Shown: positions 8,834 to 15,635 of the stretch, piece by piece | How the letters are laid out: each line of letters opens with the position of its first letter | How positions within the stretch are numbered: the stretch's first letter is position 1 | From: Actinopolymorpha cephalotaxi | GTDB taxonomy: Bacteria > Actinomycetota > Actinomycetes > Propionibacteriales > Actinopolymorphaceae | Assembly (NCBI RefSeq): GCF_013408535.1 | Contig: NZ_JACBZA010000001.1 | Span: forward strand, 1,548,850 to 1,572,849 | Direction of reading: 5' to 3' | Length of the DNA: 24,000 nucleotides | Program-made: the position numbers and the translations under genes | The notes under the pieces: model-generated | What the model was told of the DNA's origin: nothing | Database searches by the model: none | The model's input: the letters and a program-made list of their open reading frames with translations, nothing else

Positions 8834-10225
8834 TCAGCCGTGCACGTGCAGCGGCTTTCCGGCGAGGGCCAGGTGAGCCTCGCCGATCGCTTCGCTCTGG
8901 GTCGGGTGCATGTGGACCAGCTGGGCGACCTCCTCGGGGAACGCCTCCCAGTTGTAGATCAGTTGGGCCTCGCCGACGAGTTCGCCGACCCGGGCACCCA
9001 CCATGTGGATGCCGACGACCGGGCCGTTCTTGGCCCGGACCACCTTCACGAAGCCCTGCGTCTTCAGGATCTGGCTCTTGGGGTTGCCGGCCAGGTCGTA
9101 GGTGAACGTCTCGATCCCGTCCGCCCCGTGCTTCTCCTTGGCCGCGGCCTCGGTGAGGCCCATCGACGCCACCTCGGGGTCACAGTAGGTCACCCGTGGG
9201 ATGCCGGTCTCGTCGATCACCGGCGGGTCGAGCCCCGCGATGTCCTCGGCGACGAAGATGCCCTGCTGGAAGCCGCGGTGGGCCAACTGCAGGCCGAACA
9301 CGATGTCGCCGGCCGCGCGTACGCCCGGAACGCTGGTGCGCAGCCGCTCGTCGACGCGGACGAACCCGCGGTCCAGCTCCACACCCACGTCCTCGTAGCC
9401 GAGGTCGGCGGTGGACGGGCCGCGGCCCACGGCGACGAGGAGTAGCTCGGCGTCGTAGGTCTCACCGGACTCGACGGTCAGGCGTACACCCTGGTCGGTG
9501 TGTTCGACGCTCTTGTAGGGCGTGTTGGTCTTGTAGGTGATGCCGCGCTTGCGGAAGCCGCGTTCGACGGCCTTGGAACAGGCCTCGTCCTCGGCGGCCA
9601 GTAGCCGGGGGAGTGCCTCGATGATCGTCACGTCGGCGCCGAAGGAACGCCAGACGCTGGCGAACTCGACCCCGATCACGCCGCCGCCGAGCACGATGAC
9701 CGAGGACGGAACGTCGGTGAGCTGCAGGGCGTGCTCACTGGTGAGGACGCGCTCGCCGTCGACGTCGAGGCCGGGCAGGGTGCGGGAGTAGGACCCGGTG
9801 GACAGCAGGATGTTCGGTGCTTCGTACCTCGTGCCGTTGACCTGGACGGCGTTCGGCGCGACCAGCCGGCCCGCGCCCTCGACGACCGTGACGCCACGGG
9901 CCTTGAGGAGTCCGCCGACGCCGCGGAACGCGCGGTTGACGACGCCGTCCTTGTATTTGTTGACCCCCGCCATGTCGACGCCCTCGAACGTCGAGCGGAT
10001 GCCGAAGTCGGCGCCGTCGCGGGCGTTGTCGGCGATCTCGGCGGCGTGCAGCAGCGCCTTGGTGGGGATGCAGCCGCGGTGCAGGCAGGTGCCGCCGAGC
10101 TTGTCCTTCTCCACCAGCGCGACCCGCAGGCCGAGCTCGGCCGCGCGCAGTGCGCACGCGTACCCGCCGCTGCCTCCGCCAAGGATCACAAGGTCGAACG
10201 AGGTGCCGGCGTCGTTGTCCGCCAC
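8834..10225 (-). CDS. lpd: Dihydrolipoyl dehydrogenase (E3)
   Basis: The ORF track gives 8834-10333. GTG 10225 is preceded by GGAGGA (10230-10235, complement) at 4-nt spacing. It yields (M)ADNDAGTSFDLVILGGGSGGY, the usual Lpd N-terminus. Also present: FAD motif GGGSGG, redox disulfide CLHRGC, and C-terminal HPTQSE. Confidence 0.93.
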   Translation of the reverse strand: MADNDAGTSFDLVILGGGSGGYACALRAAELGLRVALVEKDKLGGTCLHRGCIPTKALLHAAEIADNARDGADFGIRSTFEGVDMAGVNKYKDGVVNRAFRGVGGLLKARGVTVVEGAGRLVAPNAVQVNGTRYEAPNILLSTGSYSRTLPGLDVDGERVLTSEHALQLTDVPSSVIVLGGGVIGVEFASVWRSFGADVTIIEALPRLLAAEDEACSKAVERGFRKRGITYKTNTPYKSVEHTDQGVRLTVESGETYDAELLLVAVGRGPSTADLGYEDVGVELDRGFVRVDERLRTSVPGVRAAGDIVFGLQLAHRGFQQGIFVAEDIAGLDPPVIDETGIPRVTYCDPEVASMGLTEAAAKEKHGADGIETFTYDLAGNPKSQILKTQGFVKVVRAKNGPVVGIHMVGARVGELVGEAQLIYNWEAFPEEVAQLVHMHPTQSEAIGEAHLALAGKPLHVHG

Positions 10226-10251
10226 GGGTTCCTCCGTGCCGTTGATCGAAC

Positions 10252-10308
10252 CTGACTGAACTGACTGCGTACTGACTGCGTACTGACTGGGTGTCGACGG
10301 TGTCGACG
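10252..10308. repeat. Short tandem repeats in the lpd 5' leader/promoter region
   Basis: CTGACTG occurs at 10252, 10261, 10272 and 10283 (spacing 9/11/11 bp; the two central units ctgactgcgta are identical). It is followed directly by GTGTCGACG x2 (10291-10308). The repeats lie upstream of the SD-supported lpd start. Confidence 0.8.
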
Positions 10309-10579
10309 GCCCCGGGCCGGCGGGAACCGGCACGGGGTCGTCACGCCACCGTCATCTTTCCACCCTCGGCGCCCAAGTGCCCAAAGGGTCCGTCCCGGCC
10401 GCGTCGGCGTGGTAGCCGGACCGGCGAATCGTGCGGATTCGTACGGGCTTGGGGGTGTCTGTGACCGGGTAGAGGTCGCTCGTCGCCAGGGTGGAGTCCG
10501 GGCCTTCCGGACGCCCGGAACCTGCGGCACACTTCGTGCGTTCGATCGACAAGTCAGCTCGGCTGCGAAGGAGGTCGCG

Positions 10580-10948
10580 ATGCCGCGATGGTTCCGGCGG
10601 CGCGCCGACTCGGCGCCTGCCCGCGGCCGGGGATCCGGTGCGAGCGAGGACGTCGCCCACCTGACGGAGTTCGCCCGCACCCGCCGCGGGGTGGAGGGCT
10701 TCGTCGAGCCGCGGACGACCGTGACGGAGACCACCCTGCTGCTGGTCGCCGACGACGGGGAGTGGACCCGGCGCCGGGTGCCCGACGCCGCGAGGGCGCA
10801 CGAGTTCGCCAACCGGCTCGGCATCCCCAGCTACGACGCGCAGGTGGTCGGCTACCCCCAGCGCATGCGCGCCTGGAACACCCGGCGCGCGGCCGCCGAG
10901 AAGCAGGCGAAGTCCCTGGGGCCGACCGCTCCCGGCGAGGTGGGCTGA
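10580..10948 (+). CDS. Conserved hypothetical protein (122 aa)
   Basis: ATG 10580 is preceded by GAAGGAGG (10567-10574). GC3 bias is strong, and the N-terminus is basic (MPRWFRRR). I cannot assign a family. The part of ORF 10409-10948 upstream of this ATG looks non-coding. Confidence 0.65.
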   Translation: MPRWFRRRADSAPARGRGSGASEDVAHLTEFARTRRGVEGFVEPRTTVTETTLLLVADDGEWTRRRVPDAARAHEFANRLGIPSYDAQVVGYPQRMRAWNTRRAAAEKQAKSLGPTAPGEVG

Positions 10949-11013
10949 CCCACCCCACCGAGAGCGGTTCGTGCCTCGGGCGTTCGGGCCGGGTGTGCTC
11001 CGGCTCGGCCGGG

Positions 11014-12525
11014 CTACAGCTCGCCCACGGCGGCGGCCTCGGCCAGGCCGACCAGCGTGCGCACGCCGCTGCCCGTCCCGCCGACGGGGGTGTAGCCCCA
11101 CGCGGCGCTGTCGTTGTACGACGGACCGGCGATGTCCAGGTGCGCCCACCGGATCCCCTCGCCGACGAACTCGTTCAGGAAGCTCGCGGCCACCAGGGCA
11201 CCCCCCAGCCGGCCGCGGGAGACGTTGGCGAGGTCGGCGACCTTGGAGTCCAGGCTCTCCCTGGTGCCCTCGGGGATGGGCAGCGGCCAGCCCTCCTCAC
11301 CGGCCCGGCCGGCGGTCTGGCGTACGAACGAGTTGAAGTCCTCGTCGTTGCCCATGATCCCGAACGTCCGGCCGCCGAGCGCGACCACGCAGGCGCCGGT
11401 GAGGGTGGCCACGTCGACGATGACGTCGGGCTTGTCCTCGCTGGCCCGGGCGATCGCGTCGGCCAGGACGAGCCGGCCCTCGGCGTCGGTGTTGAGCACC
11501 TCCACCGTCTTGCCGCCGTAGATGGTCAGCACGTCGGAGGGCCGCTGGGCGGACCCGGACGGCATGTTCTCCGCCATCGGTGCCCAGGCCGTCACCGCGA
11601 CCGGGAGCTGCAGGTCGGCGATCGCGGTGACCGCCGCGAGCACCGCCGCCGCACCGGCCATGTCGCTCTTCATGGTGAGCATGCCCTCGTTGGGCTTGAG
11701 GGAGATGCCGCCGGTGTCGAAGGTGATTCCCTTGCCGACGAAGACCAGGTGCTTCTTGGCGCGGGCCGGCTTGTAGCTCAGCCGGACGACCCGCGGGTCG
11801 CGTTCGGAGCCCTGGCCGACGCCGAGGGTTCCGCCGTACCCCTTGGCCTCCATCGCCTTGCGGTCGAGCACCTCGACGGTGAGCCCGGCCCGCTTGCCGG
11901 CCGCCTTCGCCTCGTCGGCGAACACCTCGGGGTAGAGGTCGGAGGGTGCGGTGTTGACCCAGTCGCGGGTGAGGTTGACCGCCGCCGCCACTGCCTCGGC
12001 TCGCGTCAACGCGGCCTTGACAGCCTTGTCGCGTACCTTGCCGGTCAGCACGGTGACCGCGGAGATCGGCGCCGGCCGCTTGTCGGCGTTGGTGCGGTAA
12101 CGGTCGAAGGCGTACGACCCGAGCAGTGCGCCCTCGGCGAGCGCGCCGACACTCTCGGCCGCGCCGTCGCCCACCGCGAAGGCCACGGTCTCCGCCTTGC
12201 CGGCCAGCCGGCGTACGACGGCGCCGGCGGCCCGGCGCAGCGCCTCGGCCGCGGGCTCGTCACCGCCCAGCCCGACCGCCGCGACCACGGCGGCGTCCAC
12301 GCCGTCGGGGGAGGGGAGCAGCGTCACCTCCTCCGCCTTGCCCTTCGCGCCGAGCGCGGTGAGGGTCGCGGCGAGCCGGCCGCCGAACGCCTTGTCGAGT
12401 TCGCGCGCTCCGGAGTCGAGCGTCACTTCCCGGTCACCGGGCGACACGCCGACGACCAGCGCGTCCACCTTCACCGAGGGGGCGGACGCCTTGCGGACGG
12501 AGATGCTCGGACTTTTCACACTCAC
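11014..12525 (-). CDS. pepA: Leucyl aminopeptidase (peptidase M17)
   Basis: The M17 part of the chimeric track ORF 11014-13824 starts at GTG 12525, with SD GAGGAG at 12535-12540 (complement). Motifs VGKGITFDTGGISLKP and NTDAEGRLVLADA are present. The 503-aa length is typical. Confidence 0.92.
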   Translation of the reverse strand: MSVKSPSISVRKASAPSVKVDALVVGVSPGDREVTLDSGARELDKAFGGRLAATLTALGAKGKAEEVTLLPSPDGVDAAVVAAVGLGGDEPAAEALRRAAGAVVRRLAGKAETVAFAVGDGAAESVGALAEGALLGSYAFDRYRTNADKRPAPISAVTVLTGKVRDKAVKAALTRAEAVAAAVNLTRDWVNTAPSDLYPEVFADEAKAAGKRAGLTVEVLDRKAMEAKGYGGTLGVGQGSERDPRVVRLSYKPARAKKHLVFVGKGITFDTGGISLKPNEGMLTMKSDMAGAAAVLAAVTAIADLQLPVAVTAWAPMAENMPSGSAQRPSDVLTIYGGKTVEVLNTDAEGRLVLADAIARASEDKPDVIVDVATLTGACVVALGGRTFGIMGNDEDFNSFVRQTAGRAGEEGWPLPIPEGTRESLDSKVADLANVSRGRLGGALVAASFLNEFVGEGIRWAHLDIAGPSYNDSAAWGYTPVGGTGSGVRTLVGLAEAAAVGEL

Positions 12526-12657
12526 GCTTGATCTCTCCTCGTTGCCGATTCGTCGCGGATATCGTGCGGGGGAACGGATGTGAGAACTTCGAAACGCCTG
12601 TCCGGCGGATGCTACGCCGTGGGTCCCCCAGGGATCCGGTTCGGTAGGTTCGCGGTC

Positions 12658-13752
12658 ATGAAACGTTCGCCGCTGCACGACCGGCACCAGGCCCTGGGCG
12701 CGAAGTTCGCGGAGTTCGGCGGCTGGGAGATGCCGCTGGAGTACGCCGGAGGAGGCGTGCTGCGCGAGCACGCGGCGGTGCGGTCCGGCGCCGGCGTCTT
12801 CGACGTGAGCCATCTCGGCAAGGCGAGGGTCAGCGGACCGGGCGCGGCGGACTACGTCGACTCCACCCTGAGCAACTCCCTGGCCAGGATCGAGCCGGGC
12901 AAGGCGCAGTACACCCTGTGCTGCGACGACGCGACCGGCGGTGTCGTGGACGACCTGATCGCCTACCTGCGCGGACCGGACGAGGTGTTCCTCGTGCCGA
13001 ACGCCGCCAACTGCGCCGAGGTCGTCCGCCGGCTGGCCGCCCAGGCGCCGGACGGGGTGGAGGTCGTCGACCTGCACGAGGAGTTCGTGGTGCTCGCCGT
13101 CCAGGGACCGCGCAGCGACGACGTCCTCGCCGCCGCCGGGCTGCCGACCGGGCACGGGTACATGTCCTTCGTCCAGGCCGACTGGCAGGGGGCGCCGGTC
13201 ACCGTCTGCCGTACCGGCTACACCGGCGAACGCGGGTACGAACTGGTGGCGCCGGCGCACGCGGGGACGGCCCTGTGGGACGCGATCCTCGCCGCCGGGC
13301 AGGCGTACGACATCGCGGCCTGCGGACTCGGCGCCCGCGACACGCTGCGCACCGAGATGGGCTACCCCCTGCACGGGCAGGACATCTCCCTCGACATCAC
13401 CCCGGTGCAGGCCCGCCTCGGCTGGGCCGTCGGCTGGAAGAAGCCGGCGTTCTGGGGCCGGTCGGTGCTGTCGGCGGAGCGCGCCGCCGGGCCCAGCCGG
13501 CGGCTGCTCGGACTGGAGGCGGCCGGGCGGGGGATTCCCCGGCCGGGCATGTCCGTGGTCGACGCCGACGGTTCGCCGGTGGGCGTGGTGACCAGCGGGA
13601 CGTTCTCCCCGACCCGGCGGGTGGGGGTCGGGCTGGCGCTGCTGGACGCCGGGGTGAGCGAGGGCTCGGAGGTCGCGGTCGACGTACGCGGCCGGCGGGA
13701 GGCGTTCACGGTCCGCCGCCCGCCCTTCGTAGAGGCCTCGCCCACGTCCTGA
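12658..13752 (+). CDS. gcvT: Glycine cleavage system aminomethyltransferase (T protein)
   Basis: ATG 12658 gives [29 protein letters not shown], a typical GcvT N-terminus. Also present: [10 protein letters not shown] and [11 protein letters not shown]. Length 364 aa. Confidence 0.93.
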   Translation: MKRSPLHDRHQALGAKFAEFGGWEMPLEYAGGGVLREHAAVRSGAGVFDVSHLGKARVSGPGAADYVDSTLSNSLARIEPGKAQYTLCCDDATGGVVDDLIAYLRGPDEVFLVPNAANCAEVVRRLAAQAPDGVEVVDLHEEFVVLAVQGPRSDDVLAAAGLPTGHGYMSFVQADWQGAPVTVCRTGYTGERGYELVAPAHAGTALWDAILAAGQAYDIAACGLGARDTLRTEMGYPLHGQDISLDITPVQARLGWAVGWKKPAFWGRSVLSAERAAGPSRRLLGLEAAGRGIPRPGMSVVDADGSPVGVVTSGTFSPTRRVGVGLALLDAGVSEGSEVAVDVRGRREAFTVRRPPFVEASPTS

Positions 13753-13786
13753 GTTCGCCGGCATCGGCCGCATCCGGCGGCCGCGC

Positions 13787-14530
13787 TCAGCCCGATACGT
13801 CCACAGCCTCGCCGAACGTGCCACCGGCGCGGAGCGTGGCGATCAGCTCAAGTACGCCGGTCCGGCCGCCGTGGGAGCTTGCCCAGCGGCTCACCACACA
13901 GGCGGCCTGCCGGTACGGCTGGTCCGTGCCGCCCTTGACCGCGGCGGCCCACTTCTCCGTGACGATCGGCAGGGCCTTCCGATAGGGCAGGCGGCATCGG
14001 TCCGCTTCGGACGAGGGCTTCAGGTAGCGGGAGTCGCCCGAGACCAGCACGGCCAGTCCTTCGTCGAACCAGTGCGGCACATCTGCGCGCGTCCTGCCCA
14101 GCCGTTCGTGGAACTCCACGTGGGACAGCTCGTGGGTGGCGATGGTGCGGTTTGCACCGGCGGGTGCGAGCATCAGGGCCGAGGTACCGAACGCCTTTCC
14201 CCTCTCACTGCCACCACCGATCCGCCGGTAGCACGCCGCAGTGCTACAGATCAGCACTCGCGGACGCGTCTTCAGGTCGCCGTAGAACGCGGCGATGTCG
14301 CTTTCCGCCTCATCGACAATTCGCCGGTACGCCGTGTCGCGTCGGTCGGTGTAGATGTCACCGCCCAGTCCAAAGAGCCCGTAGCACCGCGGGCACAGCG
14401 TCGCCGCGATCGCCGGTCGGGTCGCGGCCACCAGCCCGGCGGACACCAGCACGAAGACCACCACCATCCCGGCCACGACCCGCCATCGCCGCCTGCTGTT
14501 CAGGTCGTCGTCTCCGCCTGCCTGGCGCAC
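13787..14530 (-). CDS. Membrane-anchored HExxH (gluzincin-like) metallopeptidase, Cys-rich
   Basis: HELSHVEFHE followed 14 residues later by WFDEGLA, which resembles the M1/MA-clan pattern HExxH...E (third ligand) with WL.EG.A. An N-terminal RRRWR cluster plus a TM helix predicts an extracytoplasmic catalytic domain with 7 Cys, including CPRC. I prefer GTG 14530, which has AGGAGG at 14536-14541 (complement) at 5-nt spacing, over the track start 14581. Confidence 0.68.
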   Translation of the reverse strand: MRQAGGDDDLNSRRRWRVVAGMVVVFVLVSAGLVAATRPAIAATLCPRCYGLFGLGGDIYTDRRDTAYRRIVDEAESDIAAFYGDLKTRPRVLICSTAACYRRIGGGSERGKAFGTSALMLAPAGANRTIATHELSHVEFHERLGRTRADVPHWFDEGLAVLVSGDSRYLKPSSEADRCRLPYRKALPIVTEKWAAAVKGGTDQPYRQAACVVSRWASSHGGRTGVLELIATLRAGGTFGEAVDVSG

Positions 14531-14658
14531 GTCGGCCTCCTGTCCTTCCCGGGGTCCGCCCCCGTGATCATGCGGGATCACCTGTGATCAACGCGGGCCT
14601 TCCGGTCGAGGTTTCGGGGACGACCCGTGTCCCTGGGTGCCCCCCGGGACAGTCGCGG

Positions 14659-14681
14659 TTATCGCGTTTTCGAGATAGCGT
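14659..14681 (+). promoter_or_regulatory. Imperfect palindrome (candidate operator) overlapping a -10-like TAGCGT just upstream of the XRE gene
   Basis: TTATCGCG-TTTT-CGAGATAG (14659-14678) matches at 6 of 8 positions between arms and is AT-rich for this genome. TAGCGT (14676-14681, TAnnnT type) ends 7 nt before ATG 14689. There is no SD, which is compatible with a leaderless transcript. Confidence 0.33.
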
Positions 14682-14688
14682 TTCCGGT

Positions 14689-14994
14689 ATGGCGAACGAG
14701 CCCTCCCGGGCCTCCGCGGACTCCTCGGACTCCGCTGCCGGGGACGACGACCTGCCGGTGATGCCCGGTTTCCGGGAGATGGCGCTGCGGCGGCGGGCCC
14801 TGGCCGAGTCGCTGGTCGACCTGCGCCGCCGGTCCGGGCTGTCGCAGACTCAGGTGGCCGCCCGGATGGGTACGTCCCAGTCGGCGGTCGCCCGGCTGGA
14901 GGCCGGTGAGGCCGACGTACGCCTGTCCACCCTGGAGCGTTACGCCGCCGCCGTCGGTCACCGGCTCGACGTCCGGCTCGGCGGTGACACGTGA
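14689..14994 (+). CDS. XRE-family helix-turn-helix transcriptional regulator
   Basis: 101 aa. HTH core LRRRSGLSQTQVAARMGTSQSAVARLEAGEADVRLSTLERYAAAVGHRLDVRL is preceded by a Ser/Asp-rich tail. The ORF-track entry 14152-14994 is over-extended at the 5' end, where it runs antisense to the peptidase gene. Confidence 0.8.
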   Translation: MANEPSRASADSSDSAAGDDDLPVMPGFREMALRRRALAESLVDLRRRSGLSQTQVAARMGTSQSAVARLEAGEADVRLSTLERYAAAVGHRLDVRLGGDT

Positions 14995-14997
14995 CGC

Positions 14998-15051
14998 CTG
15001 ACCTGTACCGCTGACCGCTGATCGGCAACCGCTGACCGGCAGCCCCTGACC
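14998..15051. repeat. CTGACC repeats in the XRE / ClpP-like spacer
   Basis: CTGACC occurs at 14998, 15011, 15032 and 15046, plus CTGATC at 15018. The extended unit CCGCTGACCG recurs. The repeats fill most of the 77-bp spacer ahead of SD GGAGGAG (15060-15066). Confidence 0.7.
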
Positions 15052-15071
15052 GACAACCCGGAGGAGCCGTC

Positions 15072-15635
15072 ATGACCGACGACCGGGCGACGACCTTCGA
15101 CTCCTACGTCGCCGAGCAGTTGTTCCAGCGCCGGGTCGTGCTGGCCCGGGGCTTCCTCGACGAGGAGCACGCGACCCGTACGGCTGCCCAGCTGCTGACC
15201 CTGGAGGCGCTGGCGCCCGACCCGATCCAGCTGCACCTGTCCTGCCCGGACGGCACGCTGGCCGCCGCGCTCAGCCTGGCCGACACGGTGCGGGTCCTGC
15301 GCGCCGAGCTCACCGCGGTCGCGGTCGGTGAGGTGAACGGCCCGGCGGTCGGGGCGTTCGCGGCGGCGCCGGTGCGGGTCGCCTACCCACACGCGCGGTT
15401 CCTGCTGGCCGAGCCGAAGGCGTCCGAGCGCAGCGGCACCGCCTCCGAGGTGGACACCTACGCCCAGGAGTACCTCCGGCAGCGCGACGACCTGGTGGAC
15501 CTGCTGGCGGAGGCGACCGGGCGGCAGGCCGAGTCGGTCGCCGCCGACCTGCGCGCGGGCCGGTTCCTCACCGCCGAGGAGGCGGTCGGCTACGGCCTCG
15601 CCCAGCGGGTGGCCTCGGGGCGTTCCGTCCGCTGA
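15072..15635 (+). CDS. ClpP-fold protein lacking the catalytic Ser-His-Asp triad (pseudo-protease)
   Basis: 187 aa with ClpP-like blocks throughout: LSCPDG (for INSPGG), VGAFAAA, RVAYPHARFLLAEP (for R..LP.SR.MIHQP) and FLTAEEAVGYGLAQRV (for F.SA.EA..YGL.D.V). By hand alignment the triad positions read Ala92 (Ser), Ala113 (His) and Gly163 (Asp). SD GGAGGAG lies 5 nt upstream. Confidence 0.78.
   Translation: MTDDRATTFDSYVAEQLFQRRVVLARGFLDEEHATRTAAQLLTLEALAPDPIQLHLSCPDGTLAAALSLADTVRVLRAELTAVAVGEVNGPAVGAFAAAPVRVAYPHARFLLAEPKASERSGTASEVDTYAQEYLRQRDDLVDLLAEATGRQAESVAADLRAGRFLTAEEAVGYGLAQRVASGRSVR

Noticed and set aside
10536-10550. tRNA-like GCGTTCGATCG (T-loop resemblance)
   Set aside because: There is no flanking acceptor or T-stem complementarity and no anticodon arm. 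It is an isolated match within a promoter region.
10588-12531. 647-aa plus-strand ORF
   Set aside because: Antisense to pepA, with no recognisable domains and an Arg/Gly/Pro-rich composition. The minus strand encodes a complete M17 aminopeptidase.
12526-12657. Possible glycine riboswitch in front of gcvT
   Set aside because: I looked for the conserved GGAGAG, ACCGAAGG(A/G)GCAA and CUCAGGC elements on the plus strand and found none. Only generic pairings such as GGGGGA/UCCCCC are present. I treat it as an ordinary divergent promoter region; an RF00504 scan would settle it.
13766-13782. Small hairpin GGCCGC-ATCCG-GCGGCC between the convergent gcvT and peptidase genes, and similar CCGGC/GCCGG pairings at 10987-11010
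   Set aside because: The stems are only 5-6 bp, in a sequence where such GC pairings arise by chance. That is not enough to call a bidirectional terminator.
12526-13824. N-terminal 430 aa of the 936-aa track ORF 11014-13824
   Set aside because: This part is antisense to gcvT and Arg/Pro/Gly-rich. The aminopeptidase homology begins only at GTG 12525, which has its own SD.
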